Positions 39,386 through 49,947 are shown, counted from the first letter of the stretch. The stretch is DNA of 64,000 nt from Candidatus Woesearchaeota archaeon (GCA_038874135.1 JAVZCZ010000001.1:800001-864000); one strand, 5' to 3'. Made by a program: numbers and translations. Notes: generated by a model from the letters alone, not told the origin.

Positions 39386-41187
39386 CACCACTCCAGCTTG
39401 TAAAAGGCGTAGTACGTAAAATTCGCATAGCTCCAATTTTTAAGGAGTTTTGTCGGAAGGTTAATAGGGCCTGGCTTTATTATTACAAGTTCAGTTCTGG
39501 GAGCATCCTGAAATGCGATGTCCAACCTGGCGTATACCTTTTTGGTTTCTATACCGTTCTCTTTTAGGTATTCTTCATACTGGGGTAGGACTCTCATACA
39601 AGAGTATGAGAGCTCCCAATACGCAGGGTTTGAAAAGTTTTCCCACATCTGAAGGCAGGATTTTGAGTTTGTTATGGTGAAATAATCATAATAAAAGTAT
39701 CTTACATTGTATTTCTTTATCAGCTCCATCTTAAGCGCAGAATTATTTCCATACATAATTACTGCAGCGTCAGCAGCTCTCTGATCAAAATTCACAAACG
39801 GGCTGGCGTGGGTCCTCCTCATAAATACCACTTTTTTTCCAGTTAGGGCGTTTATGGCGAAGGATGTTTCCTCGTGAGGTGTAAGTATTGTTTCATTGTT
39901 TAAAACTACACTTCTTACATAGTAAGCCATTTCCAGCTGTCCCTTCTGCAAGTCGCTGAGCTGAGCCATAGCCAGAGTGTTTGACTGGCTCTTTAAGGAT
40001 TGATTCAGATTCAGTATGAATAGAGTTAAGAAAAAAATTGCAAGTGCTCCTAAGAGGATCTTTGACTTTTCAGCATAGTTGTAAATTATGCTGAGAGCGT
40101 AGAACGCCATTAGCATTCTAAAAAGTGAGAGCACTGGAGCAAATCCGTAATATCCAAAAGATGTATGCAGCAATGGCATTGTTATGTAAGGATGCGTAAG
40201 TCCTATGAATCCTGTGAGAAATACTAAAAGTAGAGGCCAGTTTATCTTTCTCTTTATTATAAACCAGACAATGGTGAACATCACTAAGGCGCTTATAATG
40301 GTTTGAGGTATGCTGGACAGGTCTATGAAAGTATTTTTCAGCGTTTCAGAAATATATTTACCTTCCCCCTGAACGCCGTAAAAAGCGTATTCCTGCCAAG
40401 GGTTAAGCGTCTTTCCATGATAAAAAACAATCAGGGGAGCCCAGTATAGCAGTGCTATGGGAATGCCAACTGCAAATGCGAGCACATATTTCTTGAGTAT
40501 ATTGCCTCTGGTTCGTCCAGAGATTAGCTCTACAGCCAGCATAAGCACCATCAGCAGGTTTATTGAGAGAAATGCTGCCACATGTCCTATTCCCATTATC
40601 CCGTAAATTATTCCGGCAATTAGTGAGCTTTTAGCATTGAACTCCTTTTTGAATAGCAAGAAAAATGTTAATAACATTAGGGGAAGCAGAACAAAAGATG
40701 AGAGGGAAGTAGGCGTAGTTGTGGGCAGGGAAGCAGAGGCGATTGTAAAGAGGAGTGCAATATCCTTCTGCTTGAACACCTTCTCTCCCAGAATGTAATT
40801 CACTATGAGAGAAGCGGAGAATATAATTATTGGGAATAGTATATCAGCTCTGAAGGGGTCAATCGTAAACAGTTTAATAAAGAGCCAGACGAGCAGGTAG
40901 CAGAGCCAGGGGTAGTGCTGCCACTCGTTCAGGTAGTGAGAACTCTTAAATATGGAGCCCCCGTTGTATAGGTGCATTATGTTACCAAAATGAAAGAATA
41001 TGTCTCCCCCGTATAATGGTCCTGGAAGCCAGTTCATCCTGGCTACAATTGAAGTAACATAAATCTGAGATAAGAAGAGAAATGTAATAAATGCCCAGTC
41101 CTGCCAGGACAGCTGCCTGAAAAAGTTTGTTAATGAAACATTAAAACTTTCAGATTCTTCCCCCTTTTCATCTTCAGAAACTTCCAC
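39385..41187 (-). CDS. Multi-pass membrane protein, possible GT-C-fold glycosyltransferase
   Basis: Many TM helices, GGDIFFH loop, soluble C-terminal domain; coupled to the GT2 gene. Confidence 0.65.
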   Translation of the reverse strand: MEVSEDEKGEESESFNVSLTNFFRQLSWQDWAFITFLFLSQIYVTSIVARMNWLPGPLYGGDIFFHFGNIMHLYNGGSIFKSSHYLNEWQHYPWLCYLLVWLFIKLFTIDPFRADILFPIIIFSASLIVNYILGEKVFKQKDIALLFTIASASLPTTTPTSLSSFVLLPLMLLTFFLLFKKEFNAKSSLIAGIIYGIMGIGHVAAFLSINLLMVLMLAVELISGRTRGNILKKYVLAFAVGIPIALLYWAPLIVFYHGKTLNPWQEYAFYGVQGEGKYISETLKNTFIDLSSIPQTIISALVMFTIVWFIIKRKINWPLLLVFLTGFIGLTHPYITMPLLHTSFGYYGFAPVLSLFRMLMAFYALSIIYNYAEKSKILLGALAIFFLTLFILNLNQSLKSQSNTLAMAQLSDLQKGQLEMAYYVRSVVLNNETILTPHEETSFAINALTGKKVVFMRRTHASPFVNFDQRAADAAVIMYGNNSALKMELIKKYNVRYFYYDYFTITNSKSCLQMWENFSNPAYWELSYSCMRVLPQYEEYLKENGIETKKVYARLDIAFQDAPRTELVIIKPGPINLPTKLLKNWSYANFTYYAFYKLEW

Positions 41188-41253
41188 TTTGATATTCCCC
41201 CTAGGGATGAATCAAATTAGAACCTATTTAAATCTTTCCTGAGAATTGCCGCT

Positions 41254-42858
41254 TTAATCCTTCCTCATAATTATTTCAATAACCTCGGCAAAGGCGGGCC
41301 TTGTTATAAGTATTCCTATGGTCAAGCCTACTATTGTAGTTATCGCGAAACCTTTCAGAATGCCCGCCCCGGCAAAGAGCATTGGAAATACTGAGGCAAC
41401 TGATGTGAGATAGTTCCCTGTTATTATGTAAAACGCGTTCTTTATCTTCTCCTTCCAGCTTAGCTTTTTCTTCTCCTCTTTCGCCTCGTAGAGCTCCTCA
41501 TCAGCCATTACTATCTGGTCATCCACATTTGAGCCGACTGCAGCCAGGAGCCCTGCTATAGCAGACAGATCTATGTTCCAGCCTAGCAGTGTCAAGAAGG
41601 CTATTGTGAGGAATATCTCTATAAGTCCTGTAATCATTATCAAGGCGGATATCTTTATCCTACGATAGAAGAGGAAGAGAACTCCTGCGACTCCCACTAT
41701 TGCAACAAAGAAAGTGAGCGCAGTATTCTTCAAGAATTGCTCTCCAAGCGTGGGAGATATTGAAGAAGTTTCCTGCACCTCAAGCTTTACGGGAAGGGAT
41801 CCAGTTACGAGTATCGTCTGAAGGCGCTTCATATTTGCTAAGGCATTATCCTTAGCTTCCTGCATCGTCCTTCCAGAACCGCTTCCAGATATTGCTATGT
41901 CAGTAAACGGCTGGCCCTTAAGCTCAGCTCCTATCCTTAAAGTGTCAACATTCTGGCCGTCAAGGTATAAGTCCAGGCTTTCGTTTAGATATTGTTCTTG
42001 TGATCCAGGCTCGTAAGCTACAGAAAGTTTGGATGTTGCTTCAGCTTGCCTCTTGGCAGCTGCCTGGCTGAGTGTTACTGCAAATCTGAACCTGCAATAC
42101 CAAACCCCTTTTGAATCCTGGCTACAACCTTTAGAAGTGTCTAGACCTGAGCATTCAGCTGTCCTGCACACTCTTACTATGTCGTTTCCTCCCGAGAATA
42201 TTGTTTCATTCCCTATCTTGGCTTCAAATTTTCCCTGCTTGGCTATGAGCTCTCTTATCTCGTCTTCATAGGCTCCTGCTATTTCCACTACGATGTACTG
42301 TTTTCCCTGAAGGTCTGAGACCTTGCTTATAGTTACATCGCTGAGCCCATAAACATTCAGCCTTTCATTCATGCTGTCTATGGTCATGTCTATTTGGTCT
42401 TGAGTTGCGTTCTCTTCAGGTTTTAATATTACTCTTGTTCCGCCCTGAAGGTCCAGCCCCTTTCTTATGTTTGATGTTGGAGCGTCATATACCCTTATTC
42501 CAAGGTCAGGAGCAGCTAAACTTTCATTGTTCTCTGGAACATAAATTAAATATGCGCGCTTGTTGGTAATTATCCTTACACTCGTTCCTGGAAGAACCAG
42601 CTTTTGCGCTTCATAATAGTCCTGAGCGTTTCTTATCTTCTGATTGTTAAACTGAAATATGACCTCTCTAGACATGGGCATAGAGTTTGCTTCAGGACTC
42701 CTCATGCCCGCATTATAGGCAGGACTATTTTCAACTATGCTCCTTATTGCAGCGCCGCTCCTGAAAGGGTTCGGCTGTATAATTATTAGTCCAATGATTA
42801 TAGATGTGATTACTAATAAAACTTTCCAATTGGTAAGTATCTGCCTGACTTTTGACAT
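41254..42858 (-). CDS. secD: Protein translocase subunit SecD
   Basis: GLDLQGG, RLNVYGLSD, GSLP, VDDQIV, GFAITT. Confidence 0.93.
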   Translation of the reverse strand: MSKVRQILTNWKVLLVITSIIIGLIIIQPNPFRSGAAIRSIVENSPAYNAGMRSPEANSMPMSREVIFQFNNQKIRNAQDYYEAQKLVLPGTSVRIITNKRAYLIYVPENNESLAAPDLGIRVYDAPTSNIRKGLDLQGGTRVILKPEENATQDQIDMTIDSMNERLNVYGLSDVTISKVSDLQGKQYIVVEIAGAYEDEIRELIAKQGKFEAKIGNETIFSGGNDIVRVCRTAECSGLDTSKGCSQDSKGVWYCRFRFAVTLSQAAAKRQAEATSKLSVAYEPGSQEQYLNESLDLYLDGQNVDTLRIGAELKGQPFTDIAISGSGSGRTMQEAKDNALANMKRLQTILVTGSLPVKLEVQETSSISPTLGEQFLKNTALTFFVAIVGVAGVLFLFYRRIKISALIMITGLIEIFLTIAFLTLLGWNIDLSAIAGLLAAVGSNVDDQIVMADEELYEAKEEKKKLSWKEKIKNAFYIITGNYLTSVASVFPMLFAGAGILKGFAITTIVGLTIGILITRPAFAEVIEIIMRKD

Positions 42859-42865
42859 GTTTTAA

Positions 42866-43894
42866 TCACTCTGCCTTCTTGTTTGTCTTGCCCTTGCTCT
42901 CAAGATACATTCTGAGTATGCCCACATTCATGAACCAGGTAAATATCATGTCAAAGCATAAGCCTATGAGCATTATGAGCATTATCTGCTTTATCAGTTC
43001 TGATTCTGCTATGAAGTATGCTGCGAGGAGTGCTATTATAGTTGTAAGGGTCATATCCATTCCAGTTCTGAAAGCCAGCATTATGTTCTCATCAAGGGTT
43101 TCATACCTGCCCTTAAGAGCCCTTGCAGTTAGGAGTATGTCAGTTGTTACCGAGTAGCCTATGAGCACGAGCAGTGCGGATATTCCTGCAGTGGACATCC
43201 TCATGTCAAAAATGGATATAACAAATATTGTTCCAACAACATCAAGAAATGCGCACATAACTACAAAGAGAGATGGGATGGGAATTCTGAAATAGAGAAA
43301 TACAGTTAGAGCCATCAGTGCAAACGCTATAACTATTGATACTATGATCTGTCTGAACACTGAAGCTCCCAATGCCGGGCTGACTATCTGGACAGTGTAG
43401 TCTGAATTTTTCAGGTTTGGCATCTCCTGCTCAAGCACCTTTATAATCTGTTCTGCACTAAGTTCTGAACTCTCAATTACCAGTCCAGTAGTTATTCCAG
43501 CACTTTGAAGCTCCCTAACATTAACATCTGTATTTGGATAAACCTTTTGAAGCGCTTCTAATACTGAGCCTCTTCCAATCTCAGATTTGGAAAGCGTGAC
43601 AGCGACTCCACCCTTAAGAGAGATGTCCTTCCGGAAGAGCTCCCCTCTAGCAAGGTATATTCCTGCAATTCCTATAAGGAGCAAAACTGCAAATACAACA
43701 GTGACATAGAAGTTTCTCCTGTAATTTTTTAGATAGGCATTTTTTAGCTTTTCTGAAAGCCCTACCTTAACATGTTCTCTACTATGATGCTTATGCTCCT
43801 CCTCTTTTTTAGACTCAGTTACTATCTCTGCCTCTTTTATCTCTGCTCTTTCAGAGCCTTCTGCCTCGCTCATGGAAAATCTAGAAACCTGCAT
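42866..43894 (-). CDS. secF: Protein translocase subunit SecF
   Basis: ISLKGG, IGYSVTTDILLT, GLCFDMIFTW. Confidence 0.92.
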   Translation of the reverse strand: MQVSRFSMSEAEGSERAEIKEAEIVTESKKEEEHKHHSREHVKVGLSEKLKNAYLKNYRRNFYVTVVFAVLLLIGIAGIYLARGELFRKDISLKGGVAVTLSKSEIGRGSVLEALQKVYPNTDVNVRELQSAGITTGLVIESSELSAEQIIKVLEQEMPNLKNSDYTVQIVSPALGASVFRQIIVSIVIAFALMALTVFLYFRIPIPSLFVVMCAFLDVVGTIFVISIFDMRMSTAGISALLVLIGYSVTTDILLTARALKGRYETLDENIMLAFRTGMDMTLTTIIALLAAYFIAESELIKQIMLIMLIGLCFDMIFTWFMNVGILRMYLESKGKTNKKAE

Positions 43895-43920
43895 CCCTTT
43901 ATAAATTTTCTTATAGCTGC

Positions 43921-44292
43921 TTATGGCTCTATAACGCTTCCATCCTCTGAAAGAGCAACTATGCGCATAGAAAGTCCAAGCTTGAGCACTGCCGAGATTA
44001 GTGCAGTATGCTCCCTACCTTCCCCAGAGATTAGGCAGACCCCCACTTCTAAGTCGGGAATCTTTCCATCTAGGAAACTTACTATCTTTTCAGACATCTC
44101 TCTTATGCTTCCCTCAAAGTTTAGCACCAAGAATTCTGTTTCCTTATCGCTCTTTATCCTCTTTTCATAATTCTGCCTGCCAAACTCATTGGTAACTAGA
44201 AAAACCTTGTCCCAAGGCTCCTTCCTAATTATCTCTCCAAGGGCAGCCCAGCTTCCCCTTCCGCTGCCTAGCACAGCTACCAGAGAGGTCAT
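43921..44292 (-). CDS. Small Rossmann-like protein, possibly a stand-alone CARF-like domain
   Basis: LVAVLGSGRGSW…DKVFLVT…VCLISGEGREHTAL. Confidence 0.6.
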   Translation of the reverse strand: MTSLVAVLGSGRGSWAALGEIIRKEPWDKVFLVTNEFGRQNYEKRIKSDKETEFLVLNFEGSIREMSEKIVSFLDGKIPDLEVGVCLISGEGREHTALISAVLKLGLSMRIVALSEDGSVIEP

Positions 44293-44303
44293 ACAGATTC
44301 CCT

Positions 44304-44783
44304 TTAATCTTCACTTATTTTAAGAACCTTGACTTTAAAGTTTAGCGACTTTCCAGCCAGGGGATGGTTAAAATCCAGAAGTGCAGTTTCCTTCTTCACT
44401 TCCAAAACCTGAGCGTAAAGCCTTCTACCTTGCATGTTGAACATTATCCGCATCCCCCTTTCAGGTTTGAGCTTTCCCTCAAATAAGGCTAGCGGAATCT
44501 CCTGAATGAGGTTTTCATTTCTAAAACCATACGCCTGCTCGGGCTTTAAATGAATCTCCTTCTCAGAGTTCAGATGCATTCCTCTAATTGCCTTCTCAAA
44601 ATCTGGAAGGAGCTCTCCCTCTCCCATCTTGAATACAAGCGGGTTACCATCCTGGCTTCTATCAAAAACTTCCCCATCCTCTAAAGTTCCGATATAACTT
44701 ATTGCAACCCTGCTATGCTCTCCAACAACTTCTTCATTCACACTTGGACTTACGCCCTTTTCCTTACTGATTTTTTTTGCCAT
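44304..44783 (-). CDS. slyD: FKBP-type peptidyl-prolyl isomerase (SlyD-like)
   Basis: YIGTLEDGEVFD, PEQAYG, DFNHPLAGKSLNF. Confidence 0.93.
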   Translation of the reverse strand: MAKKISKEKGVSPSVNEEVVGEHSRVAISYIGTLEDGEVFDRSQDGNPLVFKMGEGELLPDFEKAIRGMHLNSEKEIHLKPEQAYGFRNENLIQEIPLALFEGKLKPERGMRIMFNMQGRRLYAQVLEVKKETALLDFNHPLAGKSLNFKVKVLKISED

Positions 44784-44828
44784 TTTCAATAAACAATCCA
44801 ACTCCTAATTATAAATCTTGTGTATTTG

Positions 44829-44836
44829 AAAGTGAA
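44829..44836. repeat. Left 8-bp target-site duplication AAAGTGAA
   Basis: Identical to 58173-58180; abuts the left TIR. Confidence 0.88.
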
Positions 44837-44848
44837 GGTTCTGTTAAC
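44837..44848 (+). repeat. Left terminal inverted repeat GGTTCTGTTAAC
   Basis: Exact reverse complement of 58161-58172. Confidence 0.9.
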
Positions 44849-44859
44849 AAATGGATTAC

Positions 44860-45786
44860 TCATTTATTTAGAACCTCTGTAAGCTTTACTTGCTTCCTCT
44901 TTTCTAACAACTCATTGATTCTTTTTTCAGCAAGTTTCACATATTCCTTATTAATATCATATCCGACAAATCGACGGTTACTCATTAATGCTGCAACAGC
45001 AGTACTTCCACTTCCGATAAATGGGTCTAAAACTACATCATTTTCAAAAGTATAAAGTTTAATGCATCTTAATGGTAGTTCAACAGGAAAAGGAGCAGGA
45101 TGCCCTACTCTTTTTGCCGATTCTGCTCCAAAAGTCCAGACACTTTTTGTCAATTCTAAAAATTCATCTTTAGTCATTGTTGCCGGTTGGTCATCGTGAT
45201 TGAATCTTGAAAATGTTTCTTTTGAAAAAACCAAAATGTATTCGTGAATATCCCTTAACACAGGATTTTTTGCAGATAACCAACTGCCCCATGCAGTAGA
45301 TGGGCTTGCTGTTGATGCTTTATTCCAAATTATTTCCCCTCGCATTAAAAAACCAAGTTTCTGCATATCTTCAATAATAAAAGAATGAAGTGGGATATAC
45401 GGCTTTCTACCCAAGTTAGCTATATTTATGCAGGCTCTCCCTCCGGGAACAAGAACACGATAAACTTCTTTCCATACTCTTATTAAAAATTCTCTATATT
45501 CACTCAAAGATAAATTTTCATCATACTCTTTGCCAACATTGTAAGGGGGAGAAGTAACCATTAAATGAACACTATTATCTGGCAATTCTTCCATTTTCTC
45601 GCTGGATTTACAAAATACATGATTTATATTTTTATCACTTATTTTATTTTCTACAAAAATGACCTTATCTTTCTCTGTCGATAATCCTTCATAAAGTCGG
45701 CTATTATAAAATTTAGATGAATCATGGTTCATTCTACCCGGAGAGCCGAATTTGCTGGTTTCTGTACCGTTTTTTCTATTTACCAT
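44860..45786 (-). CDS. Type II DNA methyltransferase, beta class (N4C/N6A)
   Basis: VTSPPY, HPAPFP, VLDPFIGSGST. Confidence 0.93.
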   Translation of the reverse strand: MVNRKNGTETSKFGSPGRMNHDSSKFYNSRLYEGLSTEKDKVIFVENKISDKNINHVFCKSSEKMEELPDNSVHLMVTSPPYNVGKEYDENLSLSEYREFLIRVWKEVYRVLVPGGRACINIANLGRKPYIPLHSFIIEDMQKLGFLMRGEIIWNKASTASPSTAWGSWLSAKNPVLRDIHEYILVFSKETFSRFNHDDQPATMTKDEFLELTKSVWTFGAESAKRVGHPAPFPVELPLRCIKLYTFENDVVLDPFIGSGSTAVAALMSNRRFVGYDINKEYVKLAEKRINELLEKRKQVKLTEVLNK

Positions 45787-45804
45787 TTATTTCCCTCATC
45801 AAAT

Positions 45805-46671
45805 TTAGGAATTTTTCTGCTTTTTTTCGTAAGTATTTTCTTTATTAGCAATCTCAATGAATTTACCCAATTCATTCTTTGATCTCATGCCCGCAAAGAA
45901 CATCATATCTTCTTTTAGCAAAGCTAAAAGTTGAGTTTTGAAATCTAAATAAGAATCAAATCTCAAAAATCCTTTTCCTTTTGTTGCTTTTACATTATCG
46001 CCGTTGTTGTCTAATGGCGCAGGATTTAATGACCAGAACCCTTGTATAATCCCATAATTCTTTAAATTATCAACTTTAGAATAATAACTTTTCATTACAG
46101 GAGTATTACCTAAAACAATTATTGGTATTTTTGCTGATTCCAAAGAGGAAATTCTAACAGTTATGCTTTTTCCAATTGCTTTTAGCATACTATCTGAACG
46201 CAATAATCCCGGATTTCCTTGATGTGTCTTAAAGTCACCTAAACATTTTAATGAATATTTGGAATCATTTTTTAGAAGCTCCCAATTCCAAACAATAGAC
46301 ATCTTCACCTCAAAAATAGCTATAATATCTTGTGGTCTCTGAACAACCGAATCTGTTTTGCAAATTGCGACATCAGCAGGAGAACCTTTTGTAAGCTCCA
46401 ATTCTTCACAAACTACATTCCTAACAGCATATGCATTCAAATCTTTAGCAACATCTTTTAGAAGTTCAACCGACCATTTTTCTGTATATGCTCCAATAAA
46501 AGCGTTTCTGCTCTGCAAAGTAGTTTTAGGTCCTTTGTAATTTTTCGGCCAATAGGCATAATATTTCTTGTTTTTTGTAGTGTAAAATAATTGCTCGGGA
46601 GAAGCAACTTCTAAAGATTTTGTGAAAAAATCGATTTCTTGTTCTTTTGTCCATAATTTTTTATCTAGCAT
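45805..46671 (-). CDS. Putative type II restriction endonuclease; C-terminus possibly frameshifted
   Basis: PADVAI…IFEVK (PD-(D/E)xK); lies directly upstream of the MTase. Confidence 0.75.
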   Translation of the reverse strand: MLDKKLWTKEQEIDFFTKSLEVASPEQLFYTTKNKKYYAYWPKNYKGPKTTLQSRNAFIGAYTEKWSVELLKDVAKDLNAYAVRNVVCEELELTKGSPADVAICKTDSVVQRPQDIIAIFEVKMSIVWNWELLKNDSKYSLKCLGDFKTHQGNPGLLRSDSMLKAIGKSITVRISSLESAKIPIIVLGNTPVMKSYYSKVDNLKNYGIIQGFWSLNPAPLDNNGDNVKATKGKGFLRFDSYLDFKTQLLALLKEDMMFFAGMRSKNELGKFIEIANKENTYEKKQKNS

Positions 46672-46819
46672 TTTTCTTACCTTCCCTTTTTATCTCCTCG
46701 ACCATAAAGTTCTCAAATTGCTTTGATACAATCAAACCTTTTTGGTCACAAATATTTTTATAATCCTCATAAGTTTTAGCATCAACGCTTAATGTAATAG
46801 TTCTTTTTCCGTTACCCAT
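46661..46819 (-). CDS. Ribbon-helix-helix protein (52 aa), putative R-M controller; absent from the ORF track
   Basis: GAGGGG RBS; MGNGKRTITLSVDAKTYEDYKNICDQKGLIVSKQFENFM…; overlaps the REase start by 11 nt. Confidence 0.78.
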   Translation of the reverse strand: MGNGKRTITLSVDAKTYEDYKNICDQKGLIVSKQFENFMVEEIKREGKKNAR

Positions 46820-46944
46820 ATTAACCCCTCAATAAATAAACATATTTAAACATATTTATAAACTTTACCTCAAAACTGCGGCAACAACGAATTTTCGCCT
46901 TCGGTATCGTTGCACTAAAATTTTGTCTTCCCTTCTGTCAGAGA

Positions 46945-47103
46945 GCATAACAGCGATTTAATAGTTCTCAGGGTCGGCTTCGCCTAAAACGCCAAGCGTT
47001 TTCCCCTGCTCTCTCAAATTGAAATTTTGGAGGTCGCTCGGCTGGGTTGCCTGCCTCGCTCCAACTCTCAAAATTCAACTTCGTTAAATTCCGTAAGTTA
47101 AGT
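46945..47103 (+). repeat. Integron attC-like site 1
   Basis: GCATAAC-AGCGA-TTTAATAG … CGTTAAA-N8-GTTAAGT, with internal imperfect hairpins. Confidence 0.6.
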
Positions 47104-47286
47104 GAAATAAAAAATGGGTTGCGGGAGTGCCTTCGGCAAAGATTGTCTCGCCTTGCGCGGATATTATAAAACTGATTTTTTCGTTTCCTAACTTTATAGG
47201 ACAGGGCGGTATTTAAACGAAAAGATTAGTAAATTGAGGAAAAAACTTATAAATATGATGATAGGTATCGAAACACGGATGATAAA

Positions 47287-48810
47287 ATGAAGAACAACGG
47301 AGCAAATTTAGGTTTTGAACAAAAACTCTGGCAGGCGGCAGACAAGCTGAGAAGCGACATGGATGCTGCAGAATACAAGCACGTTGTTTTGGGATTAATT
47401 TTCTTAAAATACATTTCTGACTCATTTAAAGAAGTTTATGACGAATTGAAAAAAGATCCAGAAGCTGATCCAGAAGATGTTGATGAATATATTGCAAGAA
47501 GAGTTTTCTGGGTTCCAAAAGAAGCGAGATGGGATTATTTGCAAGCCAATGCAAAAAAACCAGAGATAGGTGAATTAATAGATCATGCAATGGATATTAT
47601 CGAAAGAGACAATCCATCGTTAAAAGGTGTTCTTCCAAAGATTTATGCACGGCCAGCACTAAGTAAACAGCGTCTTGGAGAACTCATAGACATAATCGGC
47701 ACTATTGGTTTAGGTGATAAAGAAAATAAGAGCAAAGATATTCTAGGCAGGGTTTACGAATATTTTCTTGGACAATTTGCGGATGCAGAAGGAAAGAAAG
47801 GTGGTCAGTTCTACACACCGAAATGTATTGTAAAATTACTTGTTGAAATGCTTGAGCCATACAATGGCAGGATATTTGATCCTTGTTGCGGCTCAGGAGG
47901 AATGTTTGTTCAATCAGAAAAATTTGTTGAAGCTCATGGCGGCAAAATAGGAGATATTTCAATTTATGGCCAAGAAAGTAATCAAACAACATGGCGTTTA
48001 TGCAAAATGAATCTTGCAATAAGAAGAATAGATGCAAACATAAAATGGGGCAATTCATTCCATGATGATCAGTTTAAAGATTTAAAAGCTGATTTTATTC
48101 TTGCTAATCCTCCTTTTAACGATTCAGACTGGCGCGGCGAGTTGTTGCAGGAAGATGTGAGATGGAAATATGGTATTCCTCCAAAAGGAAATGCTAATTT
48201 TGCATGGGTTCAGCATTTCATCCATCATTTATCGCCAACAGGGACAGCAGGGTTTGTTCTTGCTAATGGCTCTTTAAGTTCAATGACCTCTAATGAAGGT
48301 GAGATAAGAAAAAATATTGTTAAAGCGGATTTAGTAGATTGCATTGTTGCTCTGCCATCTCAACTTTTCTATAACACAATGATTCCTGCTTGTCTATGGT
48401 TTGTTTCTCGCGATAAAAAAGACAACAAGTTCAAAGATAGACGAGGAAAGATTCTGTTTATTGATGCAAGAAAAATGGGTGTAATGATCGATAGAAGACA
48501 TAGAGAATTAACAGATGAGGAAATAAAGAAAATTGCTGATACTTATCATGCATGGCGTGGAGAAAATAACCTTGAATATAAGGATATTCCCGGCTTTTGT
48601 AAATCTGCCTCATTAGAAGAAGTTGAAAAAAACAATTTTATCTTAACACCAGGCAGATATGTCGGCTTTGAAGAGCAAGAAGAGCCGGAAGAAGTTTTTG
48701 AAGAAAAAATGAAAAAACTAACAGCAGAGCTAAAACAACAAATGGAAGAAAGCAAAAAGCTCGACGAAGAAATAAAAAAGAATTTGGAGAGGTTGGGGTG
48801 GAGGGTTTAG
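47287..48810 (+). CDS. hsdM: Type I R-M methyltransferase subunit
   Basis: [28 protein letters not shown]. Confidence 0.96.
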   Translation: MKNNGANLGFEQKLWQAADKLRSDMDAAEYKHVVLGLIFLKYISDSFKEVYDELKKDPEADPEDVDEYIARRVFWVPKEARWDYLQANAKKPEIGELIDHAMDIIERDNPSLKGVLPKIYARPALSKQRLGELIDIIGTIGLGDKENKSKDILGRVYEYFLGQFADAEGKKGGQFYTPKCIVKLLVEMLEPYNGRIFDPCCGSGGMFVQSEKFVEAHGGKIGDISIYGQESNQTTWRLCKMNLAIRRIDANIKWGNSFHDDQFKDLKADFILANPPFNDSDWRGELLQEDVRWKYGIPPKGNANFAWVQHFIHHLSPTGTAGFVLANGSLSSMTSNEGEIRKNIVKADLVDCIVALPSQLFYNTMIPACLWFVSRDKKDNKFKDRRGKILFIDARKMGVMIDRRHRELTDEEIKKIADTYHAWRGENNLEYKDIPGFCKSASLEEVEKNNFILTPGRYVGFEEQEEPEEVFEEKMKKLTAELKQQMEESKKLDEEIKKNLERLGWRV

Positions 48811-48813
48811 AAG

Positions 48814-49947
48814 ATGATGTATAGAATAAGAAAATATCTAGCTTATAAACAATTCATCCCAACAAAAAAAGATTTAGATTGTGAAAAATTAAAGGAGTTG
48901 ACAAATCAGTTAAAAACAAAAACCTTTGACGAAACTTTAGTTAATATTGCTGAATGGCAAGACAGAAATATAAAATACTGGGATGAAAGAGGAGGCATAA
49001 TTAATTATATACTTATCGTTTCTATAACTATTTTGTCAATAATTATAGGCAATATAAATAATTTTGCTTATTTTTTGTTACTGCTAATACCTTTTTTGAT
49101 AATTGGAAAAGAAACTTTAAACATAATTTTCAATATAATAATTTTAGGCGTATCTCTTTTGTTGCCTTTTGTTTTTTTAATTTTAACTATTCCTTCAATA
49201 ACAATAAGTTCAAATTTTCTAATTTTATTTATTGCATTATCCTTTATTTTGGGTGCGTTTATATCTTCAATTTTGAGTATCTATTTTAAGTATCGTAATA
49301 TCAAAAGGTTTATTCCAGATTTTGACATGGGGGATACTTTTAAATTAAGCTTACCTGTAGAAAAAATATTAAAATATCGACTTTCAATATGTAGAGATTA
49401 TGCAAAATTAACAGCTGCTCTACTTTTAAGCATTTATCCAAAAAACGAAGTTTATTTTTTATTAATACCTTCTCATGTTGCGGTTGGTATTAAAAAAGAC
49501 AATAATATATTTGTTATAGATCAGAAACTACCTATTTTAACATTCAATAGCTGGAAAGAAAAATGGAAAAAAAGATTTAATAAAAAAAGATTAAATATAG
49601 AAATATTTAAGATTTATTTAAAAAATAAAGATATTGAAATTCAACCAATCAAAGAAAAAAATATTATTGAACAAAAAACTATTTTAGATATTAAAAAATT
49701 AAATAAAAATTTATCCAGTCTCTTAAACATAGATGAAGTCAAAGAAAAAAAGAAACCGAGTTTAGAAATACCTATTAAAAATATATTACCCCTAATTCAA
49801 AATGAAGAATTAATTGAAAAATCTTTATTTGAATTTATAAAAAACAAAATCGAAGATGAATTAGTAGGAAATATAAAAAATTTGAAGGGCATTCATTTAG
49901 AAAAAAGAAATGATGACTTGATAATAAAATTATGGTTAAAAATATGA
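48814..49947 (+). CDS. Membrane protein with transglutaminase-like Cys-His-Asp domain
   Basis: TM block, then ICRDYAKL, SHVAVG, FVIDQ; very AT-rich. Confidence 0.75.
   Translation: MMYRIRKYLAYKQFIPTKKDLDCEKLKELTNQLKTKTFDETLVNIAEWQDRNIKYWDERGGIINYILIVSITILSIIIGNINNFAYFLLLLIPFLIIGKETLNIIFNIIILGVSLLLPFVFLILTIPSITISSNFLILFIALSFILGAFISSILSIYFKYRNIKRFIPDFDMGDTFKLSLPVEKILKYRLSICRDYAKLTAALLLSIYPKNEVYFLLIPSHVAVGIKKDNNIFVIDQKLPILTFNSWKEKWKKRFNKKRLNIEIFKIYLKNKDIEIQPIKEKNIIEQKTILDIKKLNKNLSSLLNIDEVKEKKKPSLEIPIKNILPLIQNEELIEKSLFEFIKNKIEDELVGNIKNLKGIHLEKRNDDLIIKLWLKI

Noticed and set aside
44860-46671. Naming the type II R-M system or its recognition site
   Set aside because: Cannot be assigned reliably without a REBASE comparison or methylome data.
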